64,000 nucleotides of DNA from Hyaloraphidium curvatum SAG 235-1. Lineage: Eukaryota; Fungi; Monoblepharomycota. The translations under genes and the position numbers were made by a program. This document shows, piece after piece, positions 33,980 through 44,128 of the stretch. The DNA lies in the NCBI GenBank assembly GCA_025558095.1, contig JAIVFI010000028.1:248001-312000 (forward strand), in the 5' to 3' direction. Position 1 is the first letter of the stretch. Every line of letters starts with the position of its first letter. A model generated the notes under the pieces. That model was not told where the DNA came from. It made no database searches and worked only from the letters and a program-made list of their open reading frames with translations.

Positions 33980-34297
33980 TGCCTTCGAGGCGGGTGGCCG
34001 GGCGGGACATCCCCGACCTCCCCAACCGCCACTGAAGCGAATCGCGGCCGCTGACCATCCGGCCCTCAAGCCCGGCATCACGCGCCATCATCGGACGCGG
34101 CAGGCCTGCGCCTCGCACGGGCGCGGCCGGCCCGGTGCGGTGAGGGATCCGCAATCTGTGGCGACTCCGCGCGGCGGCCGCACCCGCGGCCGCGATCCCG
34201 TACCCCGGCGGGGCATCGCCGCGCCCGGCGCCGTCCGTCCGTCCGTGCGGAATCCGGCCCCGCCTCGGTACGCGCGCGACGGGCGGACTGGCCGATT

Positions 34298-34713
34298 GGG
34301 CCGGCCGTCCCCGCCTCTCTCCCCCCCACCGGCCGGAGCACCCACTCGATTACTCCCCCCCCCCCCCCGCCCCGCCCGTGCACCGGACCGTCCCGCCCGC
34401 GCGGAGGACAATTTCGCGCGCCGATCGGAGGCCGCCCGGGGCCCCTCCCCTCGAGAGGCCGGGGGTTGCTCGGGGCGGCGGTGGGGCGGCGGTGGCGTTG
34501 CGTGCCCACCAGCACCCGCACCCGGCCGGGGTCGCGCAATCCGGTGGGGCAATTCGGCGCGGGATCGGCGTCCGGATGGGAGGTCGAGGGGACCGGCCGC
34601 CGTGACTCGACGTCGGATGGGGACGGTGGGGTTGTCGCGGTGGCTGGAGGTTGAAGGATCCTAAAGTGGGGGGGGAGGTCGGGGAGCATCCCCCGCGCGC
34701 GCAGCGCATCGAA
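34298..34713 (+). repeat. Left copy of a degenerate GC-rich direct repeat
   Basis: 34298-34327 matches 39440-39469 at 29/30 nt. Further collinear blocks: tggggacggtg, ggatcct, agcgcatcgaa. Confidence 0.65.
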
Positions 34714-34891
34714 TAATCCGAATGCTCGGAAATGCAATCCAGATGACCGGACGAGGCGCTTGCGATGCGGGGAAGCGGTCCGCGGCGGGGTCGAAAGTCT
34801 GACTATGACCTGCTGGGCTGGGGATCAATCGGTAGACAGTCAATTGCGCCAGACGCGGATTGAGATACTGGTCACGGCCGGTAAATTCTAG

Positions 34892-37705
34892 TCACATCAT
34901 GGCAGCGTCTTCGTTCATGGCCCCGCTTAGTCTACTTATCAAGTTTTCGATTGTCTGCTTGTCCGATTCGGCTTGTATCTTCAGCGTTTCATTCTCTTGC
35001 GTAAGCTCTTCCTTGGCACGCTCCAGCTCGCGAATGCGCCTTCGTTCGTCCTTCAGGGTTTTTTTCAGCTCTGCTTCTCGCTCTGGATCAGCTTGTGCAG
35101 CGTTTTCGGCTGCCATTTCCTTCTGCTTATCGAGTTTCGCAATCCGGCGATTGAGCGCGGCTACTTCCGCGTCATGTGCCTTGCGCATCTTCTCGACGGA
35201 TTTCTCATGTCTCTTTTCAGCCAGAGCGTCCGCTTCCTTGTAGATTTGGTTCTTCTTCTTCAGCATGCGTCGGTGATCCTCCGTGGCGATGCGCACCAGC
35301 TGGCGGATCCGCGAAAGATCCTCGACAAGGTTCGTCTTCAGTAAAGCCATTGCCATCAAGTCGTTCGGATTGCGCTGCAGCGCTTCTCGTAGCGTTTCCC
35401 GATCTCTCGCCAGCTCCGCCGCACGAGCCTCCTGCTCTTGGACGAAAGCATCGACCGCTTGTCCAAACTGCAGAGCATCAGCATGGAACTGGCTCTTTTC
35501 CGCGTCGAAAGATTCTTTTGCCTCGCGTATTTTTCGAAGGGCTTCGTTGCCGTGCTGCTGCAGCTCTGCTTTTGCCAGGGCAAGCTCCTGCTCAAGCTGC
35601 TGGCTGGGTGCAATACGGACACCACTCGGCCTGCGGAGCGCCGAAGCAACCACGTCCAACGACAGTTGCTTGACTTGTACAAGGAGCTCTGCCGCAGTAA
35701 CGGACCCACTGATCTCAATCACTCGGGGTTCGACGGGCTCAGGTGGTAGGACGGACTTGTGCCGGGAGGCCTGATTAAGACCGACGTTTACTGCAGGTAT
35801 TCTTCGCAGTTCCTCTTCCAACTCCGGTTGCAGTATACCGCGCTGCAGATCTATCCATGCCGTGTCTCCTCGACGACGTTCGTCGTACCGCAGTAGGTCC
35901 TCGTTCGCCTCCTTGTTAGTGCCAAACCTGTTCCTCATTCGCCGGAAACAACCGTAGCCCTTTGCAAACAGGAAGCTCGCGCCCATTTCAAACTCCATCT
36001 TCAAAATCTCCTCGACGAGGCCGAGAAACAAGTTCGCAGACCCGGGCCACGGTCTCTGTTCTTGCCCGTCGGGAATGATCGCAGCTGCCCAGCGCTGGCA
36101 AACTTCGTCGCAGTAGCTCAATAGGTTCCCGTGCTTCAAAACCTCCCTGGCCAGAGCGACGTGAGGGCCCGTCAGACCGGGCGGCAGGGTCGCCTGTACC
36201 GTCCTGTACTTCGGGCCTTCCCCCACACCGAGCACGAGTCTGCCGTTCCAGATGTTCAACGACTCTTTCGTTCGATTGTCAATCATCCGAGAAGAATAGT
36301 AGTGGCAGAGCATCAGTACCACCACGAGGACCAAGCCAGTGCCGTTTTTCGTGTTCATCTGGAGGTTGAGCATATAGATCCAGTCCACAGCATCGCCGCG
36401 TGGGCGTTTGAAGTTGCCGAAGCAGATCTTCCGCGTCATTTCTGTCATTGGGACGGCAATCATTCCGGAATTCTGTAAGCCATCAAACTCGTTCTGAGGC
36501 CTGATGTTTCGGATAATGGTTGGCCCATGCGGCCGAGCGAGTACCCCACCCTGGATTCCGGGTACAGTAAACACCCGCGGATCCCAGAGGATCGGAATCA
36601 CCTGAGAAATGATGCTCTCCGGCGTGCGGGAATCGTCATCATCTATGCATGCCTTGATGCCCCGAACGGTCGGGTACGTCTCCTTCATCTTGTCGTAGAT
36701 TTGGAAAGCAACACTCTGGGCGAAGATGTCCTTAACTCCAACCCTGTTGCGGGAAAGCAACAGCCCAGCACGGCCGTCTGGATGTGTCATCAAGAGCGGA
36801 AAGACGACTAGGCTCGATCCGGAGGCCATGTTGTGGCAGGCATCGTCCACGGACAGGACCAGGCTAACTTCGGGCTTTAGATCGTCAACCACTCTATCAT
36901 TTTCGCGGCAGAAGACGTCAATGGTCTGGGAATCGCAGACGGGAGCGAAAACGAGCTTGATCGAGCGAGGCAGCCGCCGTGCCACCTCGAGCATGAGCCG
37001 GATGTGAAGTTCGATTGTGAGGTCACGCCCCTGGCACGTTCGCATGTAGACGACAATCACAGCCTGCGGATCGTTCGAGGCCAACAGAGCTTCAGGGAAA
37101 GGGAACTGCCACGCGTACACGTGGTCGAGCAGGACCTTAATGGTCGGCTGCCATCCTCTGTTCTCCTTCTTTGTCACCAGGACGTGATCCAGAGCTCCTT
37201 CAGGAAAGTTCAGGCCGCCAACCGTGGCGCTTGGCTTCGATTCCGCGGCAATGCGATCTCGGAAGCGCCCAAGCCGTTCGGTGTCAACGGGGATTGGTAC
37301 TGGCTGAGCAGCCGTAGCCTGTGGTCCAGTGAACTGCGCATTCCTGGCCGGTCCTGCCTGAGTCTGATCGAGCGGTTCGTTTGCTTGTCCATCGTTCGTA
37401 GCAAGCTCGAGCTCATCGTCTCCATCAGCAGGTCGATAAAGCGCCTCCATAGCCGCTGCTTCCATGAAAGGGATCATGCTCATATCGAAATCACCATCTT
37501 CGTCATCATCTGGGATCACAATGACTTCAAGAGGCTCAAAAGGGCGGCCCGTGGTGAAGTGTACCTGCTCCTGCTTGATTTGGACGTCAGGTTCGAGGCC
37601 ATTGTCCCCCGCAGATCCACTTTCGACTTCCATGGCAGCAGGTCCTTGGCCAACGTTTCCCGTGTCTAGAATGGAGCCCGGATTCAGGGGAGCCTGACGG
37701 TCCAT
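34892..37705 (-). CDS. 937-aa intronless protein: acidic N-terminus, resolvase-like central region, C-terminal coiled coil
   Basis: Long ORF with lower GC than neighbouring genes; IKQE, VIVIPDDDED, VIVVYMRTC, NTKNGTG...MIDNRTKESL; heptad-rich C-terminal ~240 aa. CDS is well supported; function is tentative. Confidence 0.8.
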   Translation of the reverse strand: MDRQAPLNPGSILDTGNVGQGPAAMEVESGSAGDNGLEPDVQIKQEQVHFTTGRPFEPLEVIVIPDDDEDGDFDMSMIPFMEAAAMEALYRPADGDDELELATNDGQANEPLDQTQAGPARNAQFTGPQATAAQPVPIPVDTERLGRFRDRIAAESKPSATVGGLNFPEGALDHVLVTKKENRGWQPTIKVLLDHVYAWQFPFPEALLASNDPQAVIVVYMRTCQGRDLTIELHIRLMLEVARRLPRSIKLVFAPVCDSQTIDVFCRENDRVVDDLKPEVSLVLSVDDACHNMASGSSLVVFPLLMTHPDGRAGLLLSRNRVGVKDIFAQSVAFQIYDKMKETYPTVRGIKACIDDDDSRTPESIISQVIPILWDPRVFTVPGIQGGVLARPHGPTIIRNIRPQNEFDGLQNSGMIAVPMTEMTRKICFGNFKRPRGDAVDWIYMLNLQMNTKNGTGLVLVVVLMLCHYYSSRMIDNRTKESLNIWNGRLVLGVGEGPKYRTVQATLPPGLTGPHVALAREVLKHGNLLSYCDEVCQRWAAAIIPDGQEQRPWPGSANLFLGLVEEILKMEFEMGASFLFAKGYGCFRRMRNRFGTNKEANEDLLRYDERRRGDTAWIDLQRGILQPELEEELRRIPAVNVGLNQASRHKSVLPPEPVEPRVIEISGSVTAAELLVQVKQLSLDVVASALRRPSGVRIAPSQQLEQELALAKAELQQHGNEALRKIREAKESFDAEKSQFHADALQFGQAVDAFVQEQEARAAELARDRETLREALQRNPNDLMAMALLKTNLVEDLSRIRQLVRIATEDHRRMLKKKNQIYKEADALAEKRHEKSVEKMRKAHDAEVAALNRRIAKLDKQKEMAAENAAQADPEREAELKKTLKDERRRIRELERAKEELTQENETLKIQAESDKQTIENLISRLSGAMNEDAAMM

Positions 37706-37784
37706 GTTCGCCCGTGGCGCAACGCCGCCGACGGTTGCAGGAACGTAGACTCAGTCCTCGCGAGCGACCAATCGGCTTGTGCCG

Positions 37785-37922
37785 CGTCGAGCACCCGACG
37801 TGCGCCTTCCCCGACGGTCCCCGTCGAGACACCGCGGCAAGGCCAGCGGAACCGCGGCCGCGTCGAGAGACCCCGATGGCGCGTCGAGCGACCCCGACGG
37901 CGCGTCGAGCAGCCCCGACGCT
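37785..37922. repeat. Array of CGTCG-N-CGACG palindromic units, including three tandem 21-bp copies
   Basis: Units at 37860-37880, 37881-37901 and 37902-37922 (8-nt spacer; first unit has CGATG), plus 37785-37800 (6-nt spacer). Confidence 0.8.
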
Positions 37923-38215
37923 GCGGCCCTTGAAGCGCCGAAGACGAGATCGTGTAGCACGCCCGGATGAGCGGGGCTGAGTGGGAGAGAGGGAGGAGCG
38001 CAAGGCAGGGACTCAGGCGACCGTCACGCGCTCAACGCAGAGAAGCTCAACTCACCTCGAAGGCCAAGCGAGGTTTTTGTCTGCGACCGCGAGATCGGCT
38101 ATGCTGGAGAAGGAACGAGCACCATTTCGTGGAACCAATTCTGAGGCGGAGCGGGGTTGAAGTGCCACCATTGCCGCCCGGTCCACCACTGCCGCCGCCG
38201 CACAATTCCAGCACG

Positions 38216-39094
38216 ATGTCCGCGTCGGGCGACTATCCGGATTACCCGGAAGACGGGGAAGCCGTCACCGCCCGAGGGACGTGAACGAGCGCCCCGTGAA
38301 TCCGGCCAACACTCGGCCGGCTGCCGCCTACCCGTGCGTTCCTGCGGACGCGAACTTCCAATCAGAGGTTGTATGACGAAAGCATCGCAAACACCAGCAC
38401 CATTCTCGCCCACCAAAGGGACCCGTCGGTCCCCATGTGCCGCTTCTGGACCAACAGGGGCTCGTGCAAGTTCGGCGGGTACGTTGCCGCGCCTCCCAGG
38501 CTCTTTCTCGCTTCCTTACACGTGTATTCTGCTCGCAGGGGCTGCAAATGGAGGCACGATGCCGCGGGGTACCTGAACCCCGGCCTCCCGAGGGCGGCCG
38601 CGACGCCCCCCCGTGGACGCCCGCTGAGTCCTTCACCCTCCCCTCGCGGGAGATCTTACAGTCCTAGTCCGCCGCGACGATCAGCACCTCGGAGCCCCGA
38701 TCGTGGCAGACGTTCTCGGAGCCCTCCGACGAACCGGTACCGAGACGACCGGAACCGACCGCGGAGCAGCTCCCCCGAAACCAGGATGCTCGATCGGGAG
38801 CGGCAGCGCCGGATGATGGACATGTTCGAGATGGCGGTCGGGACCCTGGCCAACATCGCCCAGGGCAAGGCGCGTAGCCGGCCCCCCGACCGAGGCAGGG
38901 ATGCCACCAGTCGGCCCGAGATCACCTACATCGTCAAGGGGCAGGAACCAGCTGGGAAACGAGGGCGCCGCGGGAAACCCCGGCCGTTTGCGTGGGAGCG
39001 GCGAGCGCTAAGGTTGCCCTGCCGCTGGTACGCCGGCGACGGCAGGCTCACCCATCTCCGCAGGTCCAAGGCTGAGAATGGCGACCATATCTAG
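38216..39094 (+). CDS. CCCH zinc-finger protein with an RS/SP-rich region
   Basis: CRFWTNRGSCKFG|xGCKWRH (C-x8-C-x5-C-x3-H after splicing); SPSPSPRGRSYSPSPPRR. Confidence 0.7.
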
Positions 39095-39439
39095 ATCCGT
39101 CTACGCAGAGCTGCATTGATTCATTTCATTTCATTCCAGTTTGCATTAGATTGTCCGACGACGTGCTGAGCCGCGCGGTCCAGTCCCCAACCCACCTCAA
39201 TTCCTGTGACCAACCCCACGTGCTTTTTGTGCCGGAGAGGTTTCCGGAGAATTCGCCGTGCATCCGGCAGCCGGCACCAGGCGACGCCCCGCAACGCGGC
39301 CCGTCACCGCCAGATCACCGCCCACCCCGTCCTCTTTCGACATCCCCGCTGCAGGACGCTTTGTCCGACTCCTTTGCAGTACGGACTCCCCGCGTGCAAG
39401 ACGGCGTGTGGTCCGGGGTGCGAGGCAAATCCGGCCGAC

Positions 39440-39812
39440 GGGCCGGCCGTCCCCGCCACTCTCCCCCCCCCCCGCCCATCGACCCCCCCCCGTCCCGCGG
39501 AAATTACCTCGCGCCCCGCCCGACCCCGCCTCCGGGCGCTCCCGGCGGGATTTAGGCCGGGGGGGTCGGCGGAGATCGGGCGGGGCGGTGCCCTTGCGCC
39601 GGCACGGGCCGCACCGCCGCCCCGCCGGAGCGCGACGGCAGCAGGCGGGGGAAGATATATGCAGTGTCGCGCTGCCGTGGGGACGGTGTCGGAGAACCGC
39701 GAACCGCGTGAGTCGAGCGGAATGGAGCCCCTTCACCAGCCCCTTGGATCCTTGGTGAATCAGCGTCCGCGACGGTTGACCCCCCGTACGCGCACGCGGG
39801 AAGCGCATCGAA
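39440..39812 (+). repeat. Right copy of the degenerate GC-rich direct repeat
   Basis: Blocks at 39440-39469, 39678-39688, 39746-39752 and 39802-39812 are collinear with 34298-34713. Confidence 0.65.
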
Positions 39813-40295
39813 GGCGGCCAAAACATGTGAAGCGCGTTTTCTGCTATGAAATGAACATTTGCCGTGCTCGGGATCGCATATGCGTTTCGATTCGTGGTTG
39901 ACGTCTCGAGGGGAACCGTCCCCGGAGGACCGAGTTCCTGCAACGCTGGAGCACCTTGCCGGGGCCGAAGCTTCATCCAGCATGTTCGATGAGTTTGCGC
40001 TTGTTCTCGGGCGCGATTCGTGCACCGTTTGCGTGCCGATCCTTCGTTTCGTTCGTTGGACCCGGTGCGCACACAGATCGGTCGGTGGGCAAAGCCGCGG
40101 CTTCAGGCGCCTGAGCGCCACCGGCAACCTTTGGGCCGAGCAACCACCACTAGGACACACGCAGATCATGGCCAGGTGGGCCGGGGCCCCGGCGCCCCCA
40201 GGCAAGGCTGACGGTGTCCCGCAGGGCACCGCGCTCGGGAAGACGGGCGCCGCGCCAGGGCAGCTGAAGACCTCAAGCTGAGCAGCTACAGAGCG

Positions 40296-42911
40296 ATGAG
40301 CGGCGGCGGCGGGCGGGCGGCGGCGGCGATGGCGGCGGACGCGGCGGCGGACGCGGCGGCGGCGGCGGCGCTCTTCGAGGACGGCGCGGCGAAGCGGCGG
40401 CGGCGCGACGACGACGACGACGGCCAAGGCGGGAAGGGCTCGCCGGCAAACTCCTCGTCGGACGACGGGTCGCGCGCGGCGTCGGAGGGCTCGACGAAGG
40501 TGCCGTCGTCGTCCTTCAACTCGTCGGCGTCGGGCGACGACACCGCCGCGGACCGCAGCCGCGAGGGCGGCGGCTCGCGCGGCGACGAGAGCGCGTCGAC
40601 GGACGACGGCGACTCGCGGCGCGGCGGCGGCGACGGCGGCGAGGGCGACGGCAGCCCGCCGGGGGGCCGCCCCACCCCGTCGCTGGACGAGGCCATGCCC
40701 GACGCACCCTCCTTCTCCTACACCCCGCCCCCGGCCCCGCGCGCCGCCCGGCTCGCCCTCCCGCCCCTCGCGGCGCATGCGCCGCCCTCGCACGCGCACA
40801 GGCCGGACGGGCCGGCCGCCGCGGCCGCCGCGGACCGCGCCCTGCGCTCGCCAGACCTCGCGCCCTACATCCCCTCCTCGCTGGCCGCTGCCGCCGCGCG
40901 CGCTGCCGCCGGCGAGCGGCCCCTCATGCACGTCGCATCCTTCACCAACCTGCACGTCGCAACGCCGCTGGATGCGCTGGTGCTCATCCAGGCCTGCCGC
41001 ATGGGCATCGGCAAGTCCATCGAGAAGCGCCTGACCCCAGAGCAGCGCAAGGGCGCCGTCGCATCCGGCACCGTGTTCGTGTTCGAGGAGGGCGGCAGCG
41101 GCATCAAGCGCTGGACGGACGGGCGCCGCTGGACCCCGAGCAGGGTCAACGGCCTGTTCCTGGTCTACCGCGAGGTCGACTCGCAGTCGACCCCCTCGCA
41201 GGGCGGCAAGGGCTCGCAGCGCGGATCCCATGCAAAGGGCTCCCGCGCGGACAGCGTCGGGCCCTCGGACGACGGCTCGCCGGCCGCCACCCCCGGGCCG
41301 GACGGCTCGGGCGGCAAGCCGTCCCGCTCCGACGCATTCAACTACCTCCTCACCAACGGCCTCGTGAAAAAGGCCATGTCCGTGCCCGGAGCGCTGCGCC
41401 CGCCTAAGGTCGTGCAGCCGCCGGCCGACCCGGCCGCGAAATCGTACCACCTCGTGCACTACTTCCGCCCGCGGGACGTGACCGAGGGCCGGCTCAAGCA
41501 GCCGAGCCAGCTGCAGGCCTTCGACGAGATCAAGTCCTTTGCGATCGAGTGGGGCAAGACCTGTGGCATGCTCGGGGACGACCAGAACGCGGCGCAGCAG
41601 CTGGAGCTGGACAACGAGGACTTTGCCGCGGCCAAGGCCGCCGGCGCGCCCACCCGGCGCCGGCCGCCCGAGGGCAACAGCGGCGCCGCGCGGCCGGCCG
41701 GCCCGTTCGCGGTGCCGGCCCCGCCGCAGGCCGAGCGGCACCACCACCACCACCGGCCGCACCAGCACAACCTCCTGCGCGGCCTGGGCGCCGACCCGGC
41801 GCGGTTCGCAAACTCCCCGGCCCCGACCAACCCGGGCGCGATGCAGTCCCGCCCCCGCGCGCATTCCATGCACCTGCCGCCCACGCGGGCCGACTACCAG
41901 TACGCGGGGCTGGACCCCGTCGTCGGCTTCCTCGACGGCAGGTTCGGGATGGACTACATGCCCCGCCCCGAGGTGGCCTACGGCCCCGGTGCATTCGGCA
42001 TGCACGGGCACGCGCCGTACGACCACGGGTTCGACGCCTACGGCTCCCCGGGCGCGCAGGCCGAGGCCGTCGGCGACGCCGCGATGCCCCCCGCGACGTC
42101 GCCGCTGACGCAGCTGGCCACGTACTTCGACAACACCCTGCTGTCGTCGCCCATGCCCGCGCCGCCGCTCCCCCCGCCCTCCATCGGCGGGTCGGGCGGC
42201 TCCCCCGGCAGCCCCCCCTGGACGGCGGACCATCTGGGCCGGCCGATGATGCAGCCCTACGCCAACTTCCCGCCCATGGACGCCATGGACGCCAAATCGC
42301 CCCCCGACGCATCCATGTCGCCCGCGCCCCCCGCCCCGGCGGCGCAGGCGGGCAAGCAGCCGTCCTTCTTCCCGGACCTCATCACCGACAACGACCCCAT
42401 GCTCGCCTCGGCGTCGCGGCCCAAGCGGACCATCACCGAGGTCGAGGTGGCCTCGAGCGGCTCGGGGTCCGAGAGCGACGGCGAGCGCGAGCGGCGGGCG
42501 CAGGCGGCGCTGGACGAGATGGACACGGCGGTGTGGGGCGAGGCGGGCAAGCTGTTCCCGCAGGGGTACGCGTTCGAGCACCCCGCGGGGCACGGCAGGC
42601 ACGCCGAGGCGATGGAGGCCGAGGCCATCCCGGGGCCGTCGTACGACTGGTTCATGACCAACTTTGCGGCGACGGCGGCCGAGGCGGCGGCGCTGATGCA
42701 GGCCAGGGCGCCGGGGGCGGTGGCGGCCATCCCGGGGGTGAAGAGGTCGCCGCCGCTCGGGGACACTTTGGAGCCGCCCGGGGCGCCCGGGCGGAGCGGG
42801 GGCGGCGGGTCGGGTAGGAGCGGGGGGCCGGCGGGGATGAGCGTGCCGGGGCTGCATTCGCTGCTGGGCATCTCGAGGCACCACGTCAGCAAGTCGCGGA
42901 AGCAAGGTTGA
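40296..42911 (+). CDS. Gti1/Pac2 (WOPR) family transcription factor
   Basis: DAL.LIQAC..G, RL...R, SGTVFVFEE..SGIKRWTDGRRWTPSRV...FLVYRE, GLVKKAMSV, YHLVHYF. Confidence 0.92.
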   Translation: MSGGGGRAAAAMAADAAADAAAAAALFEDGAAKRRRRDDDDDGQGGKGSPANSSSDDGSRAASEGSTKVPSSSFNSSASGDDTAADRSREGGGSRGDESASTDDGDSRRGGGDGGEGDGSPPGGRPTPSLDEAMPDAPSFSYTPPPAPRAARLALPPLAAHAPPSHAHRPDGPAAAAAADRALRSPDLAPYIPSSLAAAAARAAAGERPLMHVASFTNLHVATPLDALVLIQACRMGIGKSIEKRLTPEQRKGAVASGTVFVFEEGGSGIKRWTDGRRWTPSRVNGLFLVYREVDSQSTPSQGGKGSQRGSHAKGSRADSVGPSDDGSPAATPGPDGSGGKPSRSDAFNYLLTNGLVKKAMSVPGALRPPKVVQPPADPAAKSYHLVHYFRPRDVTEGRLKQPSQLQAFDEIKSFAIEWGKTCGMLGDDQNAAQQLELDNEDFAAAKAAGAPTRRRPPEGNSGAARPAGPFAVPAPPQAERHHHHHRPHQHNLLRGLGADPARFANSPAPTNPGAMQSRPRAHSMHLPPTRADYQYAGLDPVVGFLDGRFGMDYMPRPEVAYGPGAFGMHGHAPYDHGFDAYGSPGAQAEAVGDAAMPPATSPLTQLATYFDNTLLSSPMPAPPLPPPSIGGSGGSPGSPPWTADHLGRPMMQPYANFPPMDAMDAKSPPDASMSPAPPAPAAQAGKQPSFFPDLITDNDPMLASASRPKRTITEVEVASSGSGSESDGERERRAQAALDEMDTAVWGEAGKLFPQGYAFEHPAGHGRHAEAMEAEAIPGPSYDWFMTNFAATAAEAAALMQARAPGAVAAIPGVKRSPPLGDTLEPPGAPGRSGGGGSGRSGGPAGMSVPGLHSLLGISRHHVSKSRKQG

Positions 42912-43020
42912 AACGCCCTAGAGAAGGAGTTGCGAACCCTGATTCGGCTGGACATCGTTGACGATCATGCGGACAGGAATGTGTGTATATATCAGACGGC
43001 AATGAAACACAACGATCTGT

Positions 43021-43990
43021 TCATTCCCGGGGCGGCTCGCGCGCAACTTCGCCGCCCGGACGGTCCGGCACGTGCAGCGAGCACGAATGCAGCGCCAGCC
43101 ACGCCTCCTCGCCGTGCGCCTCCTTGGTCACCCGCAGCGGGACCTCGCGCCCGCCGGCGTCCACCCAAGCCCGCAGGGCCGCGGACCCGGGCGCGCCGCG
43201 GTCCAGGTAGGACGCGAACGAGTTGCCCAGTATCGCGGCGGGAGGGGGCGTCCGCGAGGCGAGGCGAGCGTACAGGGGGAGCTCGCAGTGCGGCATGAAG
43301 TAGAGCGTGCTTTGCGCTGGCTCGTCCCGCGTTGACGGCCCTCCGTCTGACGTGGAAGTGTCGGGCGGCTCCTCGCCGAGAGCGGCGCCGCCCAGCAGAT
43401 CGTCCCCCCTCACGAACCCCAGTTTTCCCAGCGCCGCCCAGTCGGCCTCCGTCAAATCCGGATCGAAGACCTCGCCCGGCAGCCCGTACCGCCCCATTAT
43501 GTGCAGCGCAATCGCTGCCTGAGCGCGGGAAACGGAACTGCCCGACGGCGACCCAAGTCCGTGCACCGAGAGCAGGCCGAAGCGTGCGGGCGCGGGAGGT
43601 AGGAGCAACGGGTCCAGGACGCCGGCGAGGAGGTCCAGCAGGGGTGCAGGGAGGCGGTCTCTGGGTTGGCGGTCAGAGCGGTGGAGGGTACGAACGCGAG
43701 AAGACAACACACCTTGCTGCCTCGACTGCCCGCACGATCCCCTCTGCCGCCTCGTCCGGCGTGATTTCGCGGACGTGCAGTTTGCCCCGCCGCGAAGAGA
43801 GCACCGATGGCGGCGGCCGGGCGGCGCCTGCAGGGGGATCTGCCGCCGTGGTGCTCCCCGCCTTCGGGTCGGTCCCGGGGGACGGAGGGGCGTCTCCCGG
43901 CCGCGATGCCCCGCCCTTCCCTTTCCCCCGTGTCCGTCTCGCGCGCCGGGACGTGACGAGCACGAACCCGTCCTCCGTCGCCGCGCACAT
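43021..43990 (-). CDS. SRR1/BER1-like protein
   Basis: DGFVLV..RR N-terminus, HGLGS......AQ, FDP.L, TLYFMPHC...LY, ILGNSF..Y. One intron. Confidence 0.85.
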
Positions 43991-44128
43991 CGTCGGGAAA
44001 CGCCCCGAGGGCAAACCCTTTGTTGACGTCGACGCGAGCGGACATTTCGTCACGCAATTCCCAGCGGACGCCGCCCGCCTGAGGTCCGACAAGGCTCTAC
44101 ACTCCTCCACCAACGGCCTGCCTCCGCA

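Noticed and set aside
34892-37705. IS607/Fanzor element
   Set aside because: No RuvC/TnpB motifs seen in this ORF or nearby.
37860-37922. Possible CRISPR array
   Set aside because: Units are contiguous with no unique spacers, there are no cas genes, and the context is eukaryotic.
39119-39136. (TTCAT)n tract
   Set aside because: Three-copy microsatellite in a 3' region; unremarkable.
39552-42905. 1117-aa minus-strand ORF
   Set aside because: Antisense shadow of the high-GC3 WOPR gene; Arg/Gly/Ala-rich with no motifs. The same applies to most overlapping ORFs in the track.
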